A DNA stretch of 64,000 nucleotides from Podarcis erhardii (taxonomy: Eukaryota), in the NCBI GenBank assembly GCA_964252035.1, contig OZ176205.1; one strand, given 5' to 3'. Numbering within the stretch: the stretch's first letter is position 1; each line of letters opens with the position of its first letter. The notes beneath the pieces are model-generated. The model did no database searches. It had not been told where the DNA came from and worked only from the letters and a program-made list of their open reading frames with translations. Shown here in pieces: positions 11,291 through 23,490 of this stretch. The translations under genes were made by a program, and so were the position numbers.

Positions 11291-13101
11291 TCACACATCA
11301 GGTAATAACTATATGCCAAGATTTTAATGAACTTTCTGTAAAACATGAAATTGTTTTACACATAATCCCCCCACCGGCCCCCCGATGAATTTTTGTGCCC
11401 AGGGCAGCCATCCAGAGTACCAGCACCTTTCCCACCTTGTGGAAACAAAGCACTGCGTCGGACCTATACAAAAATACCTGTAAAAACATTTCAAGTGTTT
11501 TCTAAGGGAGTCTAGGGAACATGCATTTCTTAATTTAAAATAATATCACGCCCCCATGATCTTTCTGAGCTGTACCAAAGAAGAGAGGTTAAAATGCATA
11601 AAATGTGTTTTCATTCTGACCCAAAAGCCAGGGAGGTTCTGGTGGAAGAGCTTAGCTGCTATCTAAATTCCCTCCATATGATTCCAACAAAGAAAAGACC
11701 TAAAATGAATACACTTTAAACCATGGTCTATTGACTTTACAAAAATTCCCCAGCCATGACCTGGAAATAATATTCATTTCCCAGCTTCTGAAGAATTTCA
11801 AAATAAATCCTATGACTTTTAGGCCATGACTGAGGTTCTTTCTCTTGACCTCCATATGTGAACCATATGTTACTTTTCCTGAGTTTGCAAATGTGCGGCA
11901 AGTGCATGTCTGACCTTGCTTGTGGCTTCAAAACACTGACTTGACACAAATATAGCTTAGGTAAAAACAGATTGCAAGGGGTAAAGATCAGGCGGCTTCT
12001 TAAAAAAGAAGAAGCGTGGATATAACTCATGTTTTAATATTAACATACTTCCACGAGATTATAGCAACAAAGACTTTACTTATGAGGTACAGTTTATTAA
12101 GCTGGTTCTTCAGGAAAGTTCAGGAAGCCAAAATAATAATGCATTAAGGAAAAGTTTTATTTTCCTGCTAATGTCTATTACAATATTGCTAAGAGTGTTA
12201 CCTCAACTAGGAAAATAAAAAGAAGAAAGGAGAGTATAATTGTTTTTTTGTTTTTTTAAGACTAGACACAAAGTTCAGCAGGTGCCAATTTAATAATTAG
12301 TCGAAATAATGTGTTTTCCCCCAATGTGTTTTTTTTCAAGGGCAGTCTAGCTCTGTGAGTCTCCTGGCATTCCATGAGAGACATTTCACTTGAAAACCAG
12401 AATTCTTGGCAGCTCTTGGTTGAAACAGGAAACTATATAGAACTATCGCCATTGAAGAAAATGCATTGGTGATATGCATTGGGAATTTTTATTTGCTATA
12501 ATATATTCTCTGTTTGAAATCAGTTTTTGACTATTCTCTCCTTCATTGCTTGAAGCAATTTCTGTTTTTGTGCTGGGCAATTTTGGGGTGTTTATTTCTC
12601 TTTTGTCACCTGCCCTCTTTCACCAAAGATTTCTTGAAAGTTTTATTCTAAGACTTTACAAATTCTATCCTCTTTTTAAGAGGGGGGAGCAGAGATCACC
12701 CTGAAGTGACTGTGGCCTTGACGATGTCTTCTCGATTCAGGCCAGGAGACTGTGTAATGCAGACGAGGTCACCTCTAACATGTTAAGTGTTGCTCTGCCT
12801 GTCTGGTCCATGAATTGACGGATTAGCCTCTTTTTCTGTGTGACTTTGCTGGGAGAGCAAAGTTTCTATGTTGCAAGCGCATCACACAGAAATGTGGATC
12901 AGTCTTAAACGGAGCTATTTTCAAGCTGTGGAAACAGGTTACATGAAAGCGTGAAAGTTAGAGGGAACAGCTCCCCGTGTGATGTTTCGAGACTGGTATA
13001 CTGAGAAGGAGCATGAGTCCGTTAAAAAAACCCCAGTCACCTTGATCCAACCCCATGGTTCAAAGAGTCCGATTCTGAAATGTGCTTCAATCTTTTTGTT
13101 T

Positions 13102-13558
13102 TTTTTTTTAAATAATATTTATTAGCCGTTTAAAGATTACAAAAGAAAAGAAAAAGAATTAAACAAGACAATACAATACAAAACACCACACAACCCAAAC
13201 ATTGACTCAACCAAATCAAACAAAAACAATTAAAAACACATCCTATAATTTTGATATCATAACTTTCATTCACTTGTTTCAGCGACATCCTCACACCTCC
13301 CTTTTTGTATTCCACTTCAATTAGCTGTTTCAGCAATTCCTTTCCATCTTCCTCTGTTTTCTGTCCTGTAATTTATCTTAACATATTCTAACCTTATTTT
13401 TTCCCTTTAATACATTTACAACCTGTCTGTACCTAATTCCTTATAACATTTCTGCTAAAGCCATATAACTTCATTCCATCATTTTTCTAACATTCATTAA
13501 TTTTACAATATTTCTGTAAATAATCTTTAAATTTTTTCCAGTCTTCTTCCACCGACTT
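13102..13558 (-). mobile_element. L1/Tx1-like LINE 3' end, antisense to KCNQ2
   Basis: Poly-T on the left; minus-strand VEEDWKKFKDYLQKYCKINEC* ORF2 tail; 21-bp TSD tgtgcttcaatctttttgttt at 13081-13101 and 13559-13579. Confidence 0.85.
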
Positions 13559-14035
13559 TGTGCTTCAATCTTTTTGTTTCAGCCTTGTTTTGTGCATACG
13601 TAGGGGCTCGCTGGGTGGAGTGGAGCCACAATACCAATTTCCAGGCAGATGGCTTCCTGTTGCCTACTTTTGGAGGGGGAGAAGAGGAAGGGGAAAGCGG
13701 TGGGGAAGTTGGTGTGGTGCAAGCGCAGCAGCGGAACCAATTCTGGTGCACCTGCCGTTGCATTTGCACCGCACCAACTTTCCTGCTGCCTCGCTCCTCC
13801 TTCTCTCCCTCACGGTAAGCAAGAGTAACCCACCTGCCGGAAAGCTAGCAAAACCACTCTGCCACACCTTACGAGCTGCTTCTACGCTGAGTATCTCTCT
13901 GTGCCCCATAGTTTTCCTCCCCCTGCCTTGTCGCCACCTTCTGTTTGATCCTGTCCTCTTTGTCTTCAACTGTGAATACCATTCTCCCTCTTCCGCCTGA
14001 CTCCACTGCTAATGTACTTTTGCTTCTGTTTTAAG

Positions 14036-14065
14036 GAAAGAGCAGCAGCCTGAGCCGTCTCCAAG
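14036..14065 (+). CDS. KCNQ2: KCNQ2 30-nt microexon (human exon 11 equivalent), KEQQPEPSPS
   Basis: tgttttaag|GAAAGAGCAGCAGCCTGAGCCGTCTCCAAG|gtctgt; matches human KDPPPEPSPS / rodent KEPQPEPSPS. Confidence 0.93.
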
Positions 14066-17000
14066 GTCTGTATGTTTTCAGAGAGTCCATCCCCATGCAT
14101 TCTCACTGCTCTCTATCTCTCTCTCTCTCCCACTTTCTCCGAGTTTCCGTTCCTTTGTGTCATGCGTGTTGATGCTCGTGGCGACAAGGAGCTGAGAGCC
14201 ATTCAAATAAACATTGTAAACCTCCAACGTGCTTGCAATGATGAGACCGATGATGTCCGCATGCCTTGTAAATACCCGTAAAGTTGCCCCCTTGATTATG
14301 TTTCCTTCTTTCCAATGGCAACACGCCATTTGACCGAGCGGAGTCTCTGGAGTGGGTTGCTGCGGCAGCATCAGAACCATGGCTGAGATGTGGCATGTAG
14401 ATCCCTCAGAAATGGATTGAAAAACCTGGGAAAGAGCTGTTATCCCCATGTGGAAAACGAAAGGGGCAGATGCAGTCTTAACACAGCCCCTTTCAACTTG
14501 CCTTTCCCGAATTGTGTGATAAAGAGGTGGTGGTCATTCTCCAAGTTCCCTTCTCCCCTCACCTGTATTTCTGCCTTTCTTTTGGTCACGGCAGCAATGA
14601 AAGAAAGGATATTCATGTACCCACCAACATTTGTCGCACATCATTGTTTTACAGCAAGTAGATCCCCACCGTGGCAGAGAGAGAAAGGAAAACCAGCCCC
14701 TCTTTGTAGGGACAACTGGCTAGTACAGGTCAATAAAAAACAACGTACATTCCCCATAGCGCTTAAAAACACACGCCTTGGGATTTCCACATTTAGGATT
14801 GTGGAAGCTGGGGCTCACTGCGTTGCCGGGGGTCAGGCATGATGCTGCTCCTCTGTTGGCTTCAGTCACACCTGGCACCTGAGCATCTCCTGGTGCAGCT
14901 TTGCTGGTAAGGATAACTGATGCTTAACTGCTGCTACTTCTGTAGCACTGATGGAGGATGGAGGAAGCATGGATTGCCTCCCTGCTAGTAACCTTTTGGG
15001 TTAGGGACCAAGCAGAGGTGGTGCCATCATCTCCATAGCAAAGTCAGGTAGAGGAGTTATCTACTTGTCAGGCTTGCAGAAGGGCACTTTAGTTGCTGTG
15101 ATTGCAACCAATGGTGATTTATAGGTTCTGCGAGTGTTAGATCTGTCAAATCACCAAAGTCCATAGATCAAGGGTAGGCAACATGGTGGCCTCCATAAGG
15201 GCTTCAGTTCCCATCATGCTTGAATCGTGACTGTGCTGGCAGGGGCTGATGGGAGTTGTAGCCTGGAAACCACATTGTAGCTTATTTACAATGTTTTCAG
15301 ATTTGATTCTCAATCAAGAAAGCTAGTGTTCTGCCAGGCAGATATCTACAGGCTGAAAGTGTGCTTTGGTTTTAAGACAGCTTCGTGCACAATAGCAACT
15401 GACATGATGTTGAAGAGGAAAGTCCATTTTGTAGGTTCATCTGATGGGTACCATATATGTTGAGCTTTGAGACATAACATTGTTCCCACATGAGATGTTA
15501 ACACTGTACTCCATTTCTTTACTTTGCAAATCTTGCAATAGCTCCTAAAAAGTTAGTCTTGCAGGAACTGTGTAGTTCTGGGTTCGTATGGTGCTGGTAC
15601 AGATTATAATCCTGAATATTTTGGGTGGGATTCAACTATTTTTTTCTTAGACCCTCTGAAATTCATAGACCTAACTCAGTCATTAATTTCAATGGGTCTA
15701 CTTTGAGGAAAGCTATTAGCTACTGACTCTGGTTAGAGATTTTGTTCAGTTTTGATATAGGATTTTGGAACACAGGTAAAACTGCAGCAAAAACCAGTTG
15801 GTTATTCATCTGGGTTTAGAATCTCTGGGAATACTAAATATTTGTACAACTGTTAGGAGAGAACAGTTTCAGAGAAATCTGTGGGCCTAACTAGATGCTA
15901 TGTGAGTGTATCAACCTGTGTTTCTCCAGCAATGTTTAGTTAAAAGAAATTCGGGGTATTGTTGCATTAGGTTTATGGTTTTCCCTTTCCTGCTCTGATT
16001 CATTGGTTTCATTCAGGGGTGGGGGAACTGAACCTGACAATATGACACCATGCACCACCACCCCAGACATTACGAGGGAAATGTTGTCTGTGTTAATGTC
16101 TAGGTTGGCTTTCTGACACAGACATTCAATATTTGCAGGTGATTTAATAATTTCAAGCAACAGTTTGCAACAGATGCCTGTATGTTCCAGCTACAAGCCT
16201 AGCACAGTGACAAGTTCATTCATTTATTAGCTGTATATCTTTCAGTTCCTCCGAAGAGTTCATGCATCTTCCTCCCCAACCCCTTTATACTAACAAGATT
16301 CAGTTGCTCATCTCAAAATTGGCAGAACAATCCAAACCCAGAATCTGCTGTGCTGGAGGAAGTTTGGGTGATGTCCTTCTGCCCTAGCCTTGCCCAGCTC
16401 TGCTGGCCTCCACTGTGCTCGCTGAAATGTTGGGTGGAAGCTACCACCAGGGACATTCCTGTTGGCGCTAGCCAACAGAAACACCCTGATCTGGAGGATG
16501 AGGGACTGCGCTAGCACAGGATCCAGAAAATCCAGCCCTTGTGTGACAACAATGGACCCAATTCAGGCTTCTTAACTGCTCCCTTTCTTCCCTGGTGGTG
16601 GGGTTGTGGACATCCCACTCGCCTTTTTTGCACAAGTGGGATTCCCCAGTGAGTTAGCAACCTGGGGCAAGTTAAGCATGGAAAACCGCTGTTGTCAATG
16701 TGCCAGGCTGAGCTTGTGGGTGGATGCGCTTCAAACAGCTCCTAGGGATGGTAGAGCTATTCCCTGACCTAACTTTTTCCAGTCTGGTAGTTTTTGTGCT
16801 TTATTTATTGACTGCGGATTTATCTCACCTTTCCTCCAAGAAGTCTAGCTTCCTCCCCTCCTCTCCTCTTTCCTCTGTTGTCCTCACATGAACCCTGTGA
16901 GAGAGGCTAGGCCATTGAAATTGACCAGCCCAGGGCCATCCAGTGACTGACTAGGCATTTGGACCCAGGTTTCCTCCATCCAAGTGTGTGTCATGAATTC

Positions 17001-17073
17001 CGCTCATATTGATCTGAAGGAGACCCCAATGTGTAGTTAGCAGATTAAAAACATAAAAACGTTGCAGGATTCC

Positions 17074-17109
17074 AAAACAAAACAAAACAAAACAAAACAA
17101 AACAAAACA
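17074..17109. repeat. (AAAAC)n microsatellite
   Basis: Direct reading. Confidence 0.9.
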
Positions 17110-17242
17110 TAAACCAGAGGCAATCAGTTGTTCATTCAGCAGAGTGAAGGCAAATGAGCATAATGGTCACAAATCCATACATTTTCAGGATCGGCAGAGT
17201 CCATAAGAAATCCAGTTGCAGCAGACTTAACTTAAACTTAAA

Positions 17243-17556
17243 AAAGGTAAAGGGACCCCTGACCGTTAGGTCCAGTCGTGGCCGACTCTGGGGTTGCGGC
17301 ACTCATCTCACTTTATTGGCCGAGGGAGCTTCTGGGTCATGTGGCCAGCAGGACTAAGCTGCTTCTGGTGAACCAGAGCAGCGCATGCAAAACGCTGTTT
17401 ACCTTCCTGCAGTTTGACGTGCTTTCGAACTGCTAGGTTGGCAGGAGCAGGGACCGAGCAATGAGAACTCATCCCATTTCGGGGATTCGAACTGCCGACC
17501 TTCTGATTGGCAAGTCCTAGACTCTGTGGTTTAACCCACAGCGCCACCTGCGTCCC
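17243..17556 (-). mobile_element. Sauria SINE with internal deletions
   Basis: Reverse complement of the consensus; TSD taacttaaactta at 17228-17240 and 17557-17569. Confidence 0.92.
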
Positions 17557-18547
17557 TAACTTAAACTTACAATAAGACTAAAACCTTAACACCAAGCATA
17601 CTATGTACAGAACCCCACACCAGAAGGAAAGAGAGACAGAAAGTGAAACCCAGGCTTCTTCTGGCCTTTTATTATAGTCTGGCAACCTAAAAGCAACACG
17701 TCAGGCTAATAATTTGATTACAACACTTTATATAGGTATTAGATTGTATCTTATTCTTATATTTAGCAGTGAACATGCTGAAAGTAGTTGCTGCTTCAGT
17801 GTAGCAGGATAGTCCTTCCTGGATAACCGACTGTTTCAAACTATGTTCCTCAGCAAATAAGAGGTCCGAGAGGGTACATAAGTTGTAAATGGTTCAGCTT
17901 TCACTGATTCAGTGAATAAGTCGTGTATATAACCAGGTGCATCTGTACTGTGGTTGGGACTTCATACTTATTTTGGAAGGCATGTTGCCTCAAACTTGAA
18001 TTATTCTCCGTTTGATACACCATCCCCAAAATCCCCTACTTTGGGAAATTTGCTTAAGTTACATTAGTTGGTGTTACCTTGTATAAATTGTATGTTACTT
18101 TACTTTGAATGAAGATACAATTTAGTAATCAATTTACAATTTAGCAAAATGTTGTAATCAAATTATTAGCGTGACGTGTTGCTTTAAGGTTGCCAGATTT
18201 TCCTGTTCGCAACACTGGATCTTTGCTGCCTATTATTATATCCAGTATAACCTTGACGGAAAGAGATAACAGAACCAGTTTAAGCCAGCTGTACTCAGCT
18301 TCTCTGAAGGAATAACCAAAACATTAGGAACCTTCTGCTTGTTTCTAGGCAGAACAGAAGCTTGCTTGTTAGCTAGAAACTTCCAGCTTGCACCAGCTTG
18401 TATCACAGAGAGAAGCTTCCAGAACCCTCTTGAATCGAACAGAATAGAAAAGATCTCTACACTTTAAGCCAGTACTTTCTGTACCAAAAAAATTTGCAAA
18501 CTGACTGTGTGGACACACTCTCAACCCCCTGCACTCACCATATAGTG

Positions 18548-18831
18548 CAGGGGGCGGCAAAGTTTTTGTGGCTTGGGCTGCTTCACGGTCCCACAGCCGC
18601 CCCGGTGGGCCGGAGTGCACGCACATGCGCGCACGCATGCGAAAATGCTATTTCTGGCACGGAGGAGGTGTGTGCAGCTTCCCATTGGCTGCAGGACCTT
18701 CCTGCAGCCAATGGGAAGCCAGCCAGCATTGCGGAGGCGGGCCCCGCTCTGCTGCATGCTGGTTTAGCACAGCGCATGGGAGCCGACCGAGCGGGTGGCA
18801 GGGGTCCATGGGCTGGTTAAACGACCCCCTG
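18548..18831. mobile_element. hAT-type MITE with GC-rich internal palindrome
   Basis: TIRs caggggg / ccccctg; perfect 8-bp TSD atatagtg at 18540-18547 and 18832-18839. Confidence 0.88.
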
Positions 18832-18933
18832 ATATAGTGCTAAAAGCCAGAAAGCAAACAACAGGCGTGCCCTTGCCTTTCTTCATATCCCAATGGGTAT
18901 GATAACAGGTGACAAAGGGCTTTGCTTCTTAAT

Positions 18934-19250
18934 TCCGAGCACAATTCAAGTGTTGGTTCTGACCTTTAAAGCCTTAAATGGCCTTGGTCCAGTATACCTG
19001 AAGGAGCGTCTCCACCCCCATTGTTCTGCCCGGACACTGAGATCCAGTGCCGAGGGCCTTCTGGCGGTTCCCTCGCTGCGAGAAGCCAAGTTACAGGGAA
19101 CCAGGCAGAGGGCCTTCTCAGTAGTGGCGCCTTCCCAGTGGAACGCCCTACCATCAGATGTGAAGGAAATAAGCAGCTATCTTATCTTTTTAAAAAGATA
19201 AGGCACCTCTGTTCTGGGAAATTTTTAATATTTAATGCTGTATTGTTTTT
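18934..19250 (+). mobile_element. L2 LINE 3' fragment
   Basis: QVLVLTFKALNGLGPVYLKERLHPHCSARTLRSSAEGLLAVP in ORF 18893..19201. Confidence 0.9.
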
Positions 19251-19854
19251 AACACTCATGCACAGGGATCTTGTCACTCTAGGAGTGCTTGAAAATGTCC
19301 ACCCAGGTGGTTTTCCTTTACAGCAGGGGTCCCCAACCCGCAGACTGTGAGCTTTATGCAGCCCCCAAACTATTTCTGTGTGGTCCCCAAGTTGCTTGGC
19401 AGCTGGTGTCACGATCCTGGCTCCCCGCCCCCCGCAGATTTGCACTGCTCCTCATGGTCCCAAGCAGCACCATCTACTGCTGCTCTCCTCTTTTTTTCCT
19501 ATCATTTCCTGCAGAAACACACGGGCTTCACTGTTTCTTCTGGTCTCACCACCATCATGGTGCCATCTGAGATCTTGCGAGAACCTCCCAGAGCTCAGTA
19601 AGCAAATCTGACAGCTTAAAAGCTCTTTCCATGCTGGGAAAACCCTGTTTTGTTTTTTTTTTAAAAAGAGCTTTTAAGCTCTCCACCTTCTGTGTCTTTT
19701 ATTTGTGTGATTTCAAACGGCCGACCTTCAAATGCATATAGTTGAAATCGCACATGTTAAATGCGTACAAGGTGTGATCGCACTGTATGTTCGAAAATGG
19801 ATTGAGTTCAGGTTAGCATTTCTTCATTGGCCTTTGACCTTAATCACATTAGTA

Positions 19855-20215
19855 AAGGTAAAGGTAAAGGTAAAGGGACCCCGGACCATTAGGTCCAGTC
19901 ATGGCCAACTCTGGGGTTGCGGTGCTCATCTCGCTTTATTGGCCGAGGGAGCCGGCGTACAGCTTCCGGGCCATGTGGCCAGCATGACTAAGCCGCTTCT
20001 GGCGAACCAGAGCAGAACACAGAAATGCTGTTTACCTTCCTGCTGGAGCGGTACCTATTTATCTGCTTACATTTTGACATGCTTTCAAACTGCTAGGTTG
20101 GCAGGAGCAGGGACCGAGCAACGGGAGCTCATCCCGTCGCGGGAGTTCAAAACGCCAGCCTTCTGATTGGCAAGTCCTAGGCTCTGTGGTTTAACCCACA
20201 GTGCCACCCGCGTCC
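19855..20215 (-). mobile_element. Sauria SINE, full length
   Basis: 14-bp TSD taatcacattagta at 19841-19854 and 20216-20229. Confidence 0.94.
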
Positions 20216-20751
20216 TAATCACATTAGTACCACATTCCAAAAACAGTGCATGGTAGTTTACTTGGAGTAGACCCACTGAAGTCAATGGACTTAATTAACT
20301 CAAGATAGGTAGAGAATGTACAGAATATCACCATTCACCCACTCCAAATAGAAAGGTCTACTTCTGTGCTCCTGAAGTGATATGATCACATATAAACTGA
20401 ATTCGTAATATAGGCAGAATGCTAAGATTTCCCTTGCCCTATTTCGAGCAATTGCTGGGGACAGAATGGACGCCACTTATCTTTCAGTGCAGGGCCAGCC
20501 CTCTCGTGAAGCGAGATGAGGCAGCCACCTTAGGTGGCAGGATCCACAGATGCAGTAGATCCCCATATAGATCTTTTTTCCTCCCATCTTTTTGATGTAG
20601 CTCTTCACTCACCCTTTCTTCCTTGGTGGCTGCCATTTTGCAGTTTGGCTCAGGTGCCAAAATGTCTTGGGCTGGCTATTCTTCAGTGTATGTTAGTTTC
20701 CCTTTCCCGATCCATTTCAATAGGGGCAGATTGCTTTTAGTGCAGGGGTTG

Positions 20752-20879
20752 CCAACATGGTGCTGTCCAGATGTTAGTGGACTACAACTCATCATCCCCA
20801 GCCGGCATGGTTGGTAGTCAGGGATGATGGGAGTTGTAGTCCAAGAGATTCTAGAATGACGCCATGTTAGCTAACCCCA
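20752..20879. mobile_element. Short palindromic MITE-like repeat (gactacaactc(c)catc / gatgggagttgtagtc family)
   Basis: Internal inverted repeat; related copies near 15170, 37320, 48860, 50400, 58700 and 63025. Confidence 0.65.
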
Positions 20880-23030
20880 GCTTAGTAAATCAAATGCAAT
20901 TTAAATTAATAATAATTAAAAATTGTGTTTGTTGTGTGGGAGATGAAACACCACAGGGCAACTGACCCCGCCCCCGCCAAATTGGTGGTAATCTGAGGTA
21001 GTTTGGGTTTGCTGAAAAAGTTCTGGAATCATTTCAAATGGTAGTCTCATCAGCATAGAAAAATTAATAGGGATACATAGGGTTGTGTTTATCAGAGAAT
21101 TCTGGTTCCTGGCAAGGGATGCTGTAGATTAAGGTTTTAACTATTCCCTCCAGAGATTGGGGGCAGAAGGAGCTGCGGATGGACTTGTGGTCGGGCTGTT
21201 GATGAAAACGTCAACTGACAGAGGCAGCCCTTCCGTTTGTTTTTAAACCCCTCGTCTTATTGGGGGGTGCCAGCAGGAGACTCGCAGAATCTGTGTCTGT
21301 TAGTCTGGCCCTGTGCCAGGAAACCCCTACCCTACTGTATTTGATGAGTGGTCTTGTACTTCAAGAAGAGACACCTCTGGTGCCTTGCCAGGAAAATGGA
21401 GCTGGGTGTTATCGAGAAAGAGAGGGCGGATTCCGTTTGAACTTGCAGCGGAGGTTGCCGAGCAGAAGGAGCGATGCTCAACATCCCTTCTGCTACTGGA
21501 ACGGAAGTGTTGCGCTGCCAAGTTCAAGTCACCCTTCCTCCCTGCCCCCTCCCCAGCGCAAGCCAAAGAGGCTACCCCCTTCTGCATTTTAAATGTGGCT
21601 GAGAGGTTGCTAATGGTACTGAGTCGGGCTCTCAGGGTGTGCCCTCTTGACTTACTAAAACAGCTCATATGGGGTGGAAAAGAATAGAAAGGAAGGTGGC
21701 TCATTGGGCCAAACCAGATGTTGTAAAAGACAGAGAATCACACGTTTCCACAGAGAGAAGGGGCAATAGTGGCAGAGCTGTGGCAGCTCTGGGTCATGTA
21801 TAAATGCACCTGCTCATTTGATTGATAGCGCAATGAGCACCTCTGCCTTGTTCTTCTCTGTGGGAGAAATTCACACCTTTTAGGCCTAGTGCTTTTCTCT
21901 TGCTTTAAAACATTGGAGAAAAGATGTCAAATGCAAGCGAAAAATGCCAATAATTGATATTTAGAAGGGGCAAATAAAAATGGCAAAATAAGAGCAGAGA
22001 TGGAATACATAATTCAGTTGAATTCAGCGGGAAGCTATCTCCCTTAAGTTTTGCTAGCCAAATAAGCAGATATTTGCTAGCATTGGGAAATGGTGATAAT
22101 TAATATCTGGGAGAAACTGCAGAATTGAGAGTAACTTGAGAGTAAATCCTGACGATATAGATTTAAAGAAAAGGGAAAGTATCTCTGCCAATTTTTAGCA
22201 AGCATGGAAAATGGCAGGATTAATATTTGGGAGGCAGGAAATCACAATGAAAATTTTCTAATTGATTTGAGAAACATTTTCAAGGGCTCCTTGTACCATT
22301 AGAGATGCTGCGGCCGAGGAAGACATTTCTGATGCAGAAGGGACTGTTTGTAGAGTTATTTTTTATTGCAAAGCTGTCCCCAAGCCACATTTTTTATCGC
22401 GCTTTGCTTTTGACGGAAAACGAAACAAAAAACCCCCCATCCTGGCTCCATAATATCCCCAATGAATGTGTCCCTTCCACATCACTTTCTGCAGTTGATC
22501 AAAGTTTCCTGTTTGGCATGAGCCCTCTGGTCTAATTTCTCTACTCTCCCCTCATTTCCAGTAAAAGCAATCCGTCCAGAAAGTCACTTTGTGGATGCTG
22601 CTCAGGAAACTCTAGGTACCACGGGAATCGCTTTGCACTGAACTAATCCAAAGCTGCACGGCTCATCCTCTCTCTTTTCTGTCTCTTTCTTTCCCCTGCT
22701 GCCTTCTGTTCTGACCACTCATCTGCTTAATAGAGGTGCAAAGGGAGGCCCTCCAGAATGTCCTCTGATGGCCAGCTGACATCGCCTGCTTCTGTGTTTC
22801 CCCAATGAGACCAAGTGCGGAAACCGCAAGGTGTAATCTTGCCTTAGTCAGAGTCTTTCTTAGCAAGCTAATAAGGTTAATAGTGACAAAAGAGACCGGG
22901 TATTCAGGGGAAACACTACCCTGGAAAATAAAACAAACCCTGAAAAACGACAACACCAAACCCACTCTCATCCCTCGCAACTTGGGGTCTCCCAGTTTAT
23001 TATTAAAGAATTCGAATTTGGAAGTACATA

Positions 23031-23490
23031 CCGTATTTTTCGCCCTATAGGACGCACCGTCCCATAAGGCGCACCTAGTTTTTTGGGGGGGAAATAAAGG
23101 GAAAAAATTTATTTCCCCCCCCAGGTGCGGGGCTGGGGCGGGGGAGGCCCGAGCTTCCCCCGCCCCAGCCCCCAAACAGGCAGCTCTCTGCAAGCCGTGG
23201 GAGCCCAGCGCTGGCTCCCGCTGCTTGCGGAGAGGTCCGCGAAGCCTGGACGCGCTGAGCTCAGCGCGCGCAGGCTTCGGCATGCAGGCAACTCTCCGCA
23301 AGCAGCGGGAGCGCTCCCGCTGCTTGCGGAAAGGTCCGCGAAGCCTGCAGAGCGAGAGGGGTCGGTGCGCACCGACCCCTCTCGCTCTCCAGGCTTCAGC
23401 GAAAGCCTGCTTTTGCCCCATAGGACGCACACACATTTCCCCTTCATTTTTGGAGGGGAAAAAGTGCGTCCTATGAGGCGAAAAATACGG
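23031..23490. mobile_element. Tc1/mariner-superfamily (Tc2-like, CCGTA termini) MITE
   Basis: TIRs ccgtatttttcgccctataggacgcac / gtgcgtcctatgaggcgaaaaatacgg; TA flanks; GC-rich internal repeats. Confidence 0.88.

Noticed and set aside
14238-14390. ATGATGA (C-box-like) with downstream CTGA, possible intronic snoRNA
   Set aside because: No terminal stem or recognisable rRNA/snRNA guide; spacing unconvincing
21260-21704. Overlapping 110-125 aa ORFs in a GC-rich patch, considered as a cassette exon or exon-12 equivalent
   Set aside because: Weak acceptors, no convincing phase-2 donor, no similarity to KCNQ peptides
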